DNA of 64,000 nucleotides, taken from NCBI GenBank assembly GCA_965112735.1, contig OZ218954.1, forward strand, positions 4,216,001-4,280,000. Reading direction: 5' to 3'. The position numbers were made by a program, and so were the translations under genes. The notes under the pieces were generated by a model. It searched no databases and had not been told where the DNA came from. It saw only the letters and a program-made list of their open reading frames with translations. Numbering within the stretch: position 1 is the stretch's first letter; each line of letters starts with the position of its first letter. This stretch comes from Phaeosaccion multiseriatum (taxonomy: Eukaryota; Protista; Ochrophyta, other classes). Of this stretch, positions 22,501-35,534 are shown piece after piece.

Positions 22501-25500
22501 ACCAAACGTGTGCTGTGTGTGTGTATGCGTGCGTGTGTGTGTATGCGTGCGTGTGTGTGTGTGTGTGTGTGTGCTGTGTGTGTGTGTGCGTGCGTGTGTG
22601 TGTCTGTGTGTCTATGCTTGCCTGTGTGCGTGTGCTCCTGCCCTGTGCGTGTATGCCCCCCCCCCAGCCTCCTGGACTTCCGCTGGACGGCAGCCCTCCT
22701 CATCCAAACATTCACAACTGGCACACCGGCTACCGCTCGACTCGCCATGGCCAAGTTCCTGGCGGGCAGCTTCAGGCCTGGCGACGACCAGGCACGTACA
22801 ACCAACACGCACGCAATTCTACCTTGCTCACTGTACCTTATGATGTTTTGAACGGAAAGGATGTCCTCCCCTTCCTTGCTCAGCTTTTGTCCTCTCCTTC
22901 ATCGATGTGCTCTGCCTTGTCCATACACCTCTACCTCGCCCTGCCCCGCTCATATTCCTCTACCCTGCCCCCGCCCTGCCCTGCCCATACGCCTCTACCC
23001 AAATCTGCCCATGCGCCTCCACCCATCCACTGCCATCCACTACCATCCACTGCCATCGTCCCCTCCCCACTTCACTCACAGCTGGCATGCGTCGCCGAGG
23101 AGTGGGTGCTCAACGTGCTGCTGCGCTGCCTCGACACGCAGGTCCGGTCCATACACCTCTACCCTGCCCTACCCTGCCCATACACCTCTACCCTGCTCTG
23201 CCCTGCCCATACACCTCTACCCTGCCCTACCCTGCCCACACACCTCTGCCCTGCCCTTCTCTGTCCATACGCCTCTAGCCATTCACTGCCCATACACACC
23301 TCTGCCCATCCACTGCCTTCGCTCAGCACACAGCTCCTACCCATATATCTTTACCCTGCCCTGCCCATACACCTCTATGCTCAACGTGCTCCTCGTTTGC
23401 CTCGACACTCATCAGGTCCACTTCAAGCCCCGCAGGCAGGGAGCCTCCAGGCAGTGGCTGAGCGGGGAGGGCGGGGGCGAGGGTAAGTTAGTGAGTGAGT
23501 GAGGGAGGGAGGGAGGGAGGGAGGGAAGGAGACAGCGAGGGAGGGAGGGAGCGAGGGAGGGAGGGAGCGAGGGAGGGAGGGGGTAGTGAGTGAGTGAGTG
23601 AATGAGTGAGGAAGTGAGTGAGTGAGGGAGTGAGTGAATGAGTGAGTGGGTTAAGTGGGTGGGTGAATGAGTGAGTGAGGAAGTGAGTGAGTGAGTGAGT
23701 GAGTGGGGGAGGGAGGGAGAAAGGGAGAAAGGGAGGGAGGGGGGGATTGATCACCTCAAACATCCGCCATCCCCCCTCCCCCCCTAACTCCCTGCCCCCC
23801 TCCCTACCTCCCCTTTCTCCATCCCTTCCTTACGTACGTCCCTCCAGGGCCCCCTCCCAACGCTAACGTCGTTGACGTGGGGGGCTCTCTCATGGAGAGC
23901 CTGCTCACAGGCTGGCTACGACTCTACCTCCTCGCCCTCCCCCTGCCTCGCAAGCAGAGGCTTGTGCTCGGTGTCTTCCATTTCATCAGCACCAGAGAGT
24001 TGACGTGCCCCGCCGTACTCAAGGTGGTGCTTCGGGGTATGGGGGAGAAAAGTAGTCGCCAATGCTGTAGACAGCTTGAAGCGGCGGAGAGAGGAGAGGG
24101 AGGAGGAGGAGGAGGAGGAGGAGGAGGAGGCGCATCCCGAACGGGTGAAGCTAGCAGCTGGTATCCGTCCCTGGATGCTCCTGTGTTGGACGCAGAGGGG
24201 CTCTCGAAAGCACGGAATGTGGTCTGTTCCCTGCGTATTTACAGGTCGGTGAGCTCTGTTCCATCCATCCCTCCCTCCCTCCCTCCCTCCCTCTCTTTCT
24301 CTGTCTGTCTGTCTGTCTGACCGTCTCGCTCTTTGTCTCTCTTTGTGTCCTCTCTCTGTCGCTGTATCTCTCTCCCTCTCTCAATGTCCGTCTACCTGTC
24401 TCTCTCTCTCTGCCTCTCTCTCCCTCTCTCACACCTTCCCGTCCCTCCTTCCCCCCCATATAACCAACCTCTCGCCATATATACCTTGCACCTACCTTGT
24501 ACCCTTGCACCATTCCAATATGTCAGTGAAGGAAAGTGGCTGCATGGCACCCTAGCAGCTCTCGTGGACGTGCTGCTGACCTTCACCGACTACGAAGGCC
24601 TCCAGAAGGGTCCGCAGGCACAGGAAGAACGATCCGCGGAAGGATCCGAGGAGCGATCCATGTCTAGGGGGGAACGATCCGCGACCGGTCCGGCTCGGCC
24701 GCTCCTCCTAGATCCTGCCGCTTGCTATCGCCTCTTACTGTTGGAGATTCCCTTCTCCTTTGTGGTGGGGTCACTCCGAGGACCGCTCTCGGAATGGTCC
24801 GCTAGGCTGGGTTTCGATGGGGGTGTAGTGGCTCAAATGACCACTGAGTACCTTAACACTGGAGGAGGAGGAGGAGGAGGAGGAGGAGGAGGAGGAGGAG
24901 GAGGAGGAGGAGGAGGAGGAGGGGGGGGGGGGGAGGGGGGGGGAGAAGGAGGAGGAGGTGGGGAGGGCGAGGGAACAGAAACTGATGGGGCAGGCAAGGC
25001 CGTGTGCATGCACCTTTGCTTTCTCGGTGAGCGCAGTGTCCTCCTCTGGCAGCAACACCAACAACAGCAACAACAACAGCAGCAGCAGTTGGTGGTACAG
25101 CAGCAGCAGCAGCAGCAAGGGCAGCCTCGGAGCCAAGAGTGGAGAGGCGGGCCAGACTCAGGCTCAGGCTCCGGGCCAGGCTTTGGCTCAGGGGCGAGGG
25201 CAGGGGTGGTCAGCAACGTCCTTGCGGAGGCCCTCCCCCTCTTCTCGGAGACCATGCCTGCCCTCTCTGTCCTGCGGGAGGTGCTCGCATCTCTCTATTC
25301 GAGAGCGTACCTGCCGAAGGATAAGGCGCTGCGGGCTTTGAGGCTGTTCGGGCTCTATGTGAGTCGGGGCGTTGGAGCGTCTGCGTCTTCTTGTTCTGCA
25401 GAGGATGCGGGTGTCACCCCCGGGGGGATGTACGGGGGGGGGGGCGATATGGAAGCGTATGGATCTGTCGTGACGAACCACCGTGTACAAGGTAGGGTGA

Positions 25501-28500
25501 ATGCATGTGTATGGACGGGAGAGAGGGTGGGGGCGGCGATGAGGGAGACATGGAAGGGTTAAGAAGAGAGAGAGAGAGAGAGGAGAGAGAAAGGCAAGAG
25601 AGAGGGGGAGCGACGAGGGAGGCATGGAGAGGGGAAAGATCGAGAGATAAGGACGAGAGAGAAGAGAGAGAGAGGGAACGGTGAATAGTCCGTCCAAGAT
25701 CAAGAAACGCCCTCTGTACCCTCCTGACTGTGCACACGGACCTGACACCTGGTACTACTACCGCTCTGTCTCCCTCCATCCACTGCCATCCCATCTCTCC
25801 CCCCACCCATCGCCACTCTCCCCTCCCCCTCCATCCACTACCATCCCCCCACCCCTCCACCCACTGCCATCCCATCTGCCCAGGCCCTGACACCCGGTAC
25901 TACCTCTCTGCCCTCCGATCCCAGCGCGCCCTCCTCCCGCGCATGTTCGGTCCTGCTCTCTTGTCAGAGCTCACGGCCTTCGTCACAGGGGCGCTCGGAG
26001 AGCTGCTGCTAGTTGGTGGTACAGCAGCATCCACAGTTGGCGATGCAGCAGCAGCAGTAGCAGCAGTAGCAACAGAGGGTGACTCAGGCCAGGGTCGGGG
26101 CCACGGAGGAATGGGCAAGCGGGGGGTGGTGGATAGTTCCTCAAGGGAGGTGGGGAGAGTTCTCGGAGAGGGGGAAGCATGTCTGCAGGGACTCAGAGGC
26201 ATCGTTGCTTGTCTCGCACCGCTCCTGAGCCTCACTGGAGCAGGTGGGTGGTAATAGATGGCAGTAAATGGCAGTGCATGGCAGTTGATGGGCGGTGGAT
26301 GGGAGGATGTAGTCTTGCTCTCTCTAACTCTCTCCCTTCTCTCTCTCCCTCCTCCCCTCCCCCTCCCTCTCTCTCTATCCCTCTCATTTCCCCTCCCTCT
26401 CCCTCCTACTCTATCTACACCTCTCTCTCTCCTCTCTCTCTCTTCTCCCAGAGGAGGAGGCAGAAGGGGGTGGAGCTGCGTGCCTGAGGAGAAGAGAGGA
26501 AGAGGGCATCGTCGAGCAACTGCGGGAGGTGGGTGCCGTACTGATGCTTCCACACGCCTCCATATGAGTTTTCTCAGTATGTATATATACACGTATACAT
26601 ATGTATACGCCTCCGTATATCAGTATGTATATGTATATAGAAGATGATGTGTTAGTGCCACACACCTAAACACCATTGATTGAATCCTACGCTCACGTTC
26701 ACTCATCGTGTCATTCATTCCCCACATTCATTGACATAATTCCCCCCCAGCTCTCCAGCGCGTGCGCTCGTTGCCTGAGCAACAGCGGAAGCTCCTCCTC
26801 CTCAGGGGTTGGAGGGGGAGAGGGATGGCAGTCGATGGAGTGGATCCGAGCACAGACGCTCAGCCTCGCCGTGCTGGACGTGCTGCTGCCATTCAGTGAC
26901 GTTGTCGAAACCGCCACCAACACGGCAGTCGCCAACCTGCTCGGGGCGCTTCCCTCAGGACATGCCTCGGGACAGGGTAGTGCCCCCCCTGGAGCAGTGC
27001 CATCTGTGAATACGCATGTGGATGTGGAGGAGGTGATGGCGTGTGGCGTACTCGTGAGAATGGCGGAGGTACCGGCACTGGCGAGGAGCGTCCTGGAGGC
27101 ACAGGTATATGGGTATGGGTACATAGGCGGGTGTATGGGCAAAGATCGAGAAAGCAGCAAGGGCAAAAGCAAGGTTGTGGTGGAGTGAGCCCTCTTGGCC
27201 TACCTCGCATCCCTCCCCCTTCTCTCTCATCCCTCCCCCTCCTCAGTCCCCGAGGGGGGCGCTCTCCTTCTCGAAGGGGTGTGTTCTCAAGCCTCACCAC
27301 CCCTCAACCGCCCCAAGCCCTACCCCACCACCTTACGTAACCCTTACGTAACCCTTACCCACCCTACTCTGCCCTTCCCTACCTCTCGTAACCCTTAAGT
27401 AAGCCTTACGTATACCTTACCCACCCTTCCCTTCCCAACCCCTCCCTTCTCCCACCCCACTCTCCCCTCCCTTAATCCTGCCCCATCCTCCCCGCGCCTC
27501 CCTTCCCCTCCCCCTTACGTAACCCTTATGTAACCCTGTGTGCTCCAGCTTGACCGTGCGTCCGGCAGCCGACACATGTCGGCCTTCACGTCCCTCGCCT
27601 CTCTTCACTCCGACTGCAAATGGTAATCGAAGTTGTGTACTTATACATTGATGAAGGGGTGTAGGGGTGTATACGTTGGTGACAGAAGCGGGGTATACAT
27701 TTTCCATCCTTACCCTAACACCCTCACCCTCACCCTCTCTTCCACCCATCCGCTGCCATCCCTCCCTCGCCATCCGTTACCATCCCTCCCTCCCCATCCG
27801 CTGCTATTCGCTCTTTCCATCCACTGCCATCCCCCCCCTCCATTGCTCCCCACCAAGGCGGTGTCTAAAGCGCCTCTGGCCCCTCGCCCTGAGCCTCGAG
27901 CGTGAGGTGACGAGCGAGGCCTCTGCCTACCTGGAGCAACAGGTGTCAGGACTGGCACAGGGGCTCGACATTACCCTCACCAGCAGCGTGGCGGATTGTC
28001 TGCAGTGCGCTGCAGCTCTGGTGAGAGGAGGGGAGGGGAGGGGATGGGATGGCAGCGGACGACGGGAGGGAGGGGAAGGGAGGGAGGAAACGATGGCAGT
28101 GGATGGGGGAGGAGAGATGGGATGGCAGTGGATGCGGAGGGATGGAGGGAGGAAGGTGTCGGGACTGTGGGAGGGGCTCGCCAATCTCCTATCAAGCAGC
28201 ATGATTGAGTGCTGCAGTGGGGAAGGAGGGAGAGGGTGAGCGATTCCTCTGAAACCGTAGAATCCTCTGAAACCGTAGCTTGGGCAAGCACCTCTCTGCT
28301 GCCGATGCGCGTCTGAAATAGCTGCCAACCATCCCCTCCCCTCCATCCCCTCCATCCCCTCCCATCCCATCCACTGCCATCCCCCCCTCTCCCCAGGTGC
28401 CCTTTGTTGTGACCTTCCTTCCTCACGAGAGGAGCATAGCGCTGCTGCAGGGGCTGTTTCAGCAGGCCTGGACCACCTACCACAGCGAGAGAGAGAGGCC

Positions 28501-30511
28501 ATCTCGGGCCCTCGCCTTGATAGGTATAAGATAAGTCAGTGATAGATGCACTCGAGTCAAGTCTGCCGCGCAAGGCTGATACATGAGACCACCCCTCCCC
28601 CACACAACGCCCCACCCCACTCATCCGTCCACCCAAACCCCTGTCCATTGCCATCCACTGCCATCCACCTCCACCTTCCTCTCCCCCAACATCCCCCAGA
28701 CCTGCTCTTCCACCCCACCCTGCTCGCGGACCGCTCGCTGGCGACCGTTCTCTGCGGACCGTTCTTCGAAAGAGTGGTTTCCGAAGTCACTTGCTACAAC
28801 CCCCGCGGCGGCGGCGAAGGGACGTTAGCAGACCTCACAGATGGCAGTAATGGCAGCGGCAGCCGAACGTCCAACGCGCATAGTGGTGTGCCAAGGCAGC
28901 CGTACCTGGCGTGGCACATGCTGAACAAGTGCTTGAGAGTGTGGAAGCGGAGTCCTGAGTGCATCCTGCCCTTTGAAGGTGAGCCTAGTGTGTTGTGTGT
29001 GTGAGTATGAGTGTGTGTGTATGTATATATATATGTGTGTGTGTGTGTGTGTGCTTGTGTGTGTGTGAGTGTTACACTTCACTTGGCCTCTCTCGATGCC
29101 CGTGCTCCCTCTCGAGGACGGATGCCCACTACTCCCCCCCTCCCGGATGACTTCAACACCGCCACGTACCCATATGCCTCTAATCTCCCTCCCTCCCTCC
29201 TGGCCTCTCTCCATCCACTGCCATCCCCGTGCTCTCTCCCCAGCCCACCTATGCGAGTTGTTGCTCTTTAAGAGACACATTACCGTGGAGGACATGATGT
29301 GCGACGGGGCGCCATCTGTGAAAACAGCCCCGGCGGGAAGGGAAGGCACCGGGGGGGACGGGCCTAAAGTGGATCTGGAGATGGAGATGGAGCTCGAACA
29401 AGGTACGTACACGGCCTCACTCCAGTCTGTCTGTCGGCCTGTCTGTCTGTCTGTCTGTCTGTCTGTCTCCGTGTCTATCTGTCTGTCTGTCTCTCTCCCC
29501 CCCCCTTCAATCTTTCTTTCTCTCTTTATCTCCATCCCCCCTTCTCTCTCTTCCCTCTCTCTCTCGCTCCTTTTCTGTAACCATCTTCACCCGTTCATGT
29601 CCCTCTCTCTCCTTCTTTCCCTCGAACACCCCCCCCCCAAACAGGCGCAGACTTCGCCTTTGACTGTGAGTCCTCTTCCTCCTCCTCCTCCCCTGATCAC
29701 CCTGGTCAGTCATCTCCATCTACCGCCACCTCTGGTCAGCCATCTGCTACCTTCTCCAGCGGGGCCCGCCGTCTGTTCCGCCGCCTGGAGCTCATTCGCC
29801 TCGTGTTGCTCGCCTTCATTCAAGACCACCTCATACCCGTCGTCGTGGACTCACAGGTGCGTGGGTGGGTGCGTGGGTGAGAGGGAGGGTGATTCATACG
29901 TAACGATCGTACGTAAGCTTTGCTTGACATCGCTTGACAGACGTGAGGGAAGGGGGGGGGGGGTGAAGAGATGCATTGGTGGCGTTTCTGGCGGATTCTG
30001 TTTTCCCTTTCTCTCTCCATCTCTCTCTCTGTCTTCTTTCTATCACACTACACCGTGTTCGCCCTCCGCTTCCCTCCGCTCATCTCCGCTCCCCGCAGTC
30101 ATCATCATCATCATCGTTTCCGTCACCAACAAAGGAGAGCGAGAGCGAGAGAGAGTGTGTCACCATCGTGCAGGGCCTGCTTACTCGCCTGAGCATGTCC
30201 CTCCTCACAGCCACAGGATACGACCCTCCTGAGGGGGCTCTCTCGAACGTTACGGGGCGTCCTGACACCAAGTTGCGCACCATGCAGATGCGCTGGGCCT
30301 CTGTACAGGGGTCGCCCCTCAATGGAAGGCAGCTTAGGGCGTGGCAGGTAAGTGGGCGTGCGAATTGCCGTTACCCTCTGACCCTGGCCCTCACCCTCAT
30401 CCTCGCCCTCACCCTCATCCTCGCCCTCACCCTCCTCCTCACCATCACCCTTCTCCTCAACCTCGCCCTCCTCCTCACCCTCACCCTCACCCTCCTCCGC
30501 ACCCTCCTCCT

Positions 30512-30568
<57 letters not shown>

Positions 30569-32119
30569 CCTGTCCCTGCTACACCTTCTCTAATCTTCTT
30601 TCCTCTCATCAGGCGCAATGTGTCCTCACCCGTTGGCTGCTCTCTCCCCCCTGCCGAGCACTGGACCCCTCACTGCTGGCGACTGTCATGGAGGTTAGTC
30701 AATGACCAAATCACTCACTTCCCTCTCGTGGATCCGTTGAAACTGTGTGTCAAACTTTAAAGAGTTGTAGTGGAGAAGTAAGCGTGTGTGGGTGTGTGCG
30801 CGCGCGTTGTGGTTCTGTGCGGGTGTGTGTATATCTGCATGTCCCAACTCCATTTGTCTGCTTCTGTAACTGTCCTTCCTTCCCTCTGTCCGTATGCCTC
30901 TGTCTGTCTGCCCATATGCCTCTATATCAGCGCTTCACAGAGCAGTTCTCGGACACGTATCTGTCCAACGTGCGTGTGCTCATGGAGGTGTGGCTCGCTA
31001 GAGTGTGCTCGGAGGTGCCCCAGCTTGGCATACAGGTGAGCGAGTTGGTGATACGGACGGGGGGGGGAGGGAGGGAAGGAGGGAAGGAGGGATAGACAGA
31101 CGGAATGGTAGAGAGAGTGAGAGGGAGGGACAGGGAGAGAAAGAGTGAGTGCTTTATGAGCTGTCCCCGCCCTTTCTCTTTCCTTCTCCCCGCGCCGCCC
31201 GTATTATGTACGTTTCAATGGCCCTCTCATCCCTCGGCTTCGTTTGGTTGGTGCGTCTGTTGCCCCCCGTTATGCTTCTACTCCTGCCACTGTACAACTG
31301 CTCCTACTACTACTACTGCTGCTACTACTGCTGCTACTACTACTGCTGCTGCTGCTGCTACTACCACCACTACTACTACTACTACTGCTCCTCCTACTAC
31401 TTCTTCTACTACTACTACTACTACTACTACTACTATTCCTGCTACTACTACTACTACCACTACAACTACTACTCAACAACAACAACAACTTCATCTTCAA
31501 CTTCAAAAACGCTGCTGTGGCCCCAGTTCTTGTCGAGCGGGCTGCGAAACGAAAAGATGATGGGTCAGAGCCTCACCTCCCTGCTGCTCACTGCGGTGCA
31601 TATGGCTGAGCAAGAGACGCTTCCCTTCCGCTCATCGCCGTCTCCGTTGGGAGAAGGAGGAGGTCGAGGAGGAGGCGGCGGCGGAGCAGGAGAAGGAGAA
31701 GGAGGAGGAGGAGGAGAAGAAGAAGAAGGAGATGGCAGTGGATGGCGCCAGGAGCTGCTGAATGCGGTGTTTCCCTTCGTGAGCACGCCCAGCAAGCTCA
31801 ATCGACTACTCGCTCAGGTTGCGGTCAACGCTCTTGCTCCCAAGGTATGTGACAAACGTATAAACATACGTTTGCCCTCCCCCTGTCCCATCATACCCCA
31901 CTTGCTCTTACTCACTCGCTCCCTCACTCTTTCCTGTCCCTCAAGGTTCTTGCCGCCATGGAGCCCCAGCAAGCCGAGGCCTCGCCCTATGCGCTCGTTC
32001 TGCGCTTCGCTCGGGAGAATGCGGAGCTGCGAAACGCCCTCGGCAAGATTCAGGGTTTTCTGAAACGGCAGAACCCAGTGGAGGTGTGCAGGTGAGAAGG
32101 AGGTTGAGACAGAGAGAGA

Positions 32120-32152
<33 letters not shown>

Positions 32153-33578
32153 GGGGGGGAGGAGGGAGGGAGAGGAGAGAGAGACGGAAAGAATAGAGAG
32201 AGAGAACCTGCAGTCTTGACTTGGCTCACGGCAGTGGGAGGAGAGGCTTAGTTCGTCCCTCCTGAGCCGGGCATCCTCCTGTGAAGCTCCCTCTTGTGGG
32301 TGGACGGGCTCACTCTCACGTTCTCCCTCTGTCTGTCTCTCTCCCCCTCCTTCTCTCTGTGTTCTCTCTTCCTCTCTCTCTGTGTGTTCTGTCTCCTCTC
32401 TCTCCTCTCCCATCTCTCTTCTCCTCTCCCCCTCTCCCTCCCCTCCCCTCTCCCCCCCCTCTCTGTGGTCCCTCTCCGTCTCTCTCTGTGTTTTCTATCC
32501 CCTCTCTCTCCTCCCCACTCTCTCTTCTCTCCTCCTCCCCTCCCCTCCCCTCCCCTTTCCTCCCACCCCCCCTCATCCCATCCACTGCCATCCACTACCA
32601 TCCACTACCATCCACTGCCATCTCCTAGTGTGGAGGGTATGCTCCAGCGATGGAGTCTGACCCTCATCCTCGAAGTAGAGCCCTCCTCTGTACTCAAGGC
32701 CATCAGAGCCGCCATCGAGGATGTATATGCCAACATGCACGGATATGCCACCAACACGTCCACTTCGTTGCCGCCGTCGCTCACCTCGGTCCCTTCGAGC
32801 ACGTCATCGGGGGCGGGGGATGTCATTCGGGCCTCTGCAGTGGTGGGGGAGGGAGGGGGGCGGGAAGGAGGAGGAGGAGGAGGAGGAGGAGGAGGAGGAG
32901 GAGAGGGAGGAGGAGGAGAAGGAGGAGGAGGAAGTGGGAGGGAAGAGGAGTCTGAAGCGCTCATTCAGCGAAAAATCATTCCCTGGCTTGAGCTGGATCT
33001 CACCATGAGGTGAGTATTTGTCATTTGCAGGCCCAAGAAGGCAGGACACAAGAGTAAGAAGGGACAAGGGAAGGAGGGAGGGAGGGAGGGAGGGAGGGAG
33101 GGAGGGAGGGAGGGAGGGACGGAGGGACAGAGGGAGGGAGGGAGGGAGGGAGGGAGGGAGGGAGGGACGGACGGACGGACGGAGGGACAGAGGGAGGGAG
33201 GGACGGAGGGGGAGGGAGAGAGGGAGGAAGGGAGGGAGGGAGGGAGGAAGGGAAGAACGAAGGAAGGGACGAAGGAAGGAAGGAAGGAAGGAAGGAAGGA
33301 AGGGATAACTGTCATGACACCCACTCACCGTCCTGAAACTCTCTTAAACCCCCCCGTTACCGTGCCTCCCCCCTCCCAAACGTCATCCACGACCATCCGC
33401 TGCCATCTCCCTCTGAAACGTCATCCACTGCCATCCACTGCCGTCCCTTCCCTGTCCAGAGACGGGTGGGTGGTGAAGGACAAAAGCTCCGCTGTAGGCA
33501 AGAGGAGGAAGAGAAGCTCCGTCATCGTGTGCGCCAGCCTTGTGGACAAGGTGTGTGTATGTGCCTGTGTGTGCGTGT

Positions 33579-33614
<36 letters not shown>

Positions 33615-34706
33615 GTGCGTGTGTGCGTGTGGGTGCGTGTGTGCGCGTATTTGTGTGTGTGCCTGAGGGTGTGTGTGTCTGTGTGTGCGTGTGTGTATGT
33701 GTGTGTGTGTGCGTGTGGGTGCGTATGTGCGGGTATTTGTGTGTATGTGTGTGTGTGCGTGCGTGTGCACGAGTCCGTCGTATCTCACCCTCCTCATCAC
33801 TCTCTGTGTCATGATTCTCCACCCTACCCCCACCCCACCACCTTCCCTCTCCTACCTCTCCTTGGGTCTCTTAAGGCACCCAACCTGGGTGGGCTGGCTC
33901 GCACCTGCGAGATTTTCGCCGCTGAGAAGCTCATCCTCCCCAATCTCGTCGTCACAAGTGAGTCGTACGCACGCGACCATGGACGCGCACACCCACGAGC
34001 AGGGAGGAAGGAGTAGCAGCAGTAGCGTGGTCTTTGCTTCGCTTCACTTCACTTTTCTCGACCCCTTCCTCTCTCCCCTCCCTATCTCTCAATCACACCC
34101 ATCTCCTCCCTCCCTCCCTCCCTCCCTCCCTCCCTCCTCCTCAGAGCAAGCGGACTTCATGGCACTGGCCATGTCTGCTCACAATTGGCTTCCGTTGGAG
34201 GAAGTGCCCGAGCAGGGGCTTGTGTCGTATCTTCGCAGCATGAAGAGAGAGGGTTACTCTGTGGTGGGGTTGGAGCAGACCAATGAATCTGCGTGCCTCA
34301 GCAGTGTGCGCTTTCCAGAAAAGTAAGGGAGAGGGAGAAAGGGAAGGGAGGAGGGGGGAGGGGAGGGCTGACGGCTTTATCTGTGTATGTTGATATGGTG
34401 TAATTTGATAATTTATGACTCATATTCAACCCTATTGAACCCCTTTTGCCACTTCCTGCCCCTTCCCCCACCCTTGGTGATGGCACCCCATGGCAGGTCG
34501 CTGCTGCTGCTGGGCAAGGAGAAGGAGGGGCTGCCTGTCGAGTGCCTCAAGGTGTGTGTCTGTTCTCTGCATCGCTCCTCCCTCTCTCTCTCTTCTCTCT
34601 CTCACACACACATTCTCTCTCTCTCTCGGCCTCCTCTCTCTACTACGTGCCTCCCCCTTTCTCCTCACTCCCACACTTTCAGTTTCTTAGGTGATTCCGA
34701 TTATGT

Positions 34707-34765
<59 letters not shown>

Positions 34766-35088
34766 TCTCCTCACTCCCTCGCTATCCCAACCCCGAACTG
34801 ACATGCTTGCTTGCTTTGCTGACTGATGCTTGACGCTTATGCTTGACGCTTGTGCTTGACGCTTGTGCTGGACGCTTGTGGTTCGGTCCTTCTCCACAAC
34901 ACCACGGAACAACCAACTTCCTTACCTACCTTACCTACCTGCAGGAGGTGGACATATGCATACAGATCCCACAGATGGGCATTGTGAGAAGTCTCAACGT
35001 GCATGTGAGCGGTGCCCTGGCACTGTGGGAGTACACCAAGCAGCAAATGGCGACGGCTTCGAAGGAACCCCTACTGAGACCCTGCTGA
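19562..35088 (+). CDS. TARBP1: tRNA (guanosine-18 2'-O)-methyltransferase, TARBP1/Trm3 family, about 30 exons
   Basis: C-terminal SpoU/SPOUT domain assembled from exons 33460-33550, 33876-33957, 34145-34322, 34497-34551 and 34945-35088 ([22 protein letters not shown]...VVGLEQT...[12 protein letters not shown]...[17 protein letters not shown]). A long helical N-terminal part has family-like motifs ([13 protein letters not shown]) and joins in frame back to the ATG at 19562. Confidence 0.88.
22920..23380 (+). repeat. CCATACACCTCTACCCTGCCCT-type minisatellite family in TARBP1 introns
   Basis: Many degenerate units here, also at about 21190-21280. Confidence 0.8.
27330..27540 (+). repeat. Degenerate 11-bp repeat (TAACCCTTACG)n in an intron
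   Basis: Units at about 27333-27360, 27387-27420 and 27513-27537. Confidence 0.65.
31303..31490 (+). repeat. (TAC/TGC/CAA)n trinucleotide tract in an intron
   Basis: Direct reading. Confidence 0.9.
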
Positions 35089-35534
35089 GGCTCTGTTTTA
35101 GAGTACTAGACTTGGCTGAGTAGTGATGACCTCTCGTCTGGACACAAGGCGAGGGCTTTATCATCCTTGGACAAGAGAAGAGAGAGGAGAGGATCAAGGA
35201 GTATCATATATATGGGCACCCTTTGGTGCCATCTGTGCTACCTAAAAGTAACCCCTTTTTCACCGCCCCTGGGATCAAAAACTCCCCAGACACGAGGAAA
35301 GCAAAGGGATACTGAGCAGCTTCGGGAAGGCTGAAGGCCCTCCTCCTCCAAAGTCTTTTTGCACTATTCGAACGACCAACTCTTCGGCAATCCTCGCCCC
35401 AGCAGGCAGAACTCGCCTCATCTACTGTACTAAGTTTTTTTTTTTTTTTTTTTTTGTCTCTCCTTCGGCTCGCCGGTCATCCCGCCAGCAAATGCAAAAA
35501 CAATTTCCAGATTGCGGCGAGAGCAGGACTCAAA

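Noticed and set aside
31149-31526. Tyr/Cys-rich or poly-Thr peptide ORFs
   Set aside because: Translations of an intronic (TAC)n tract; the TARBP1 exon resumes at the acceptor ending 31526.
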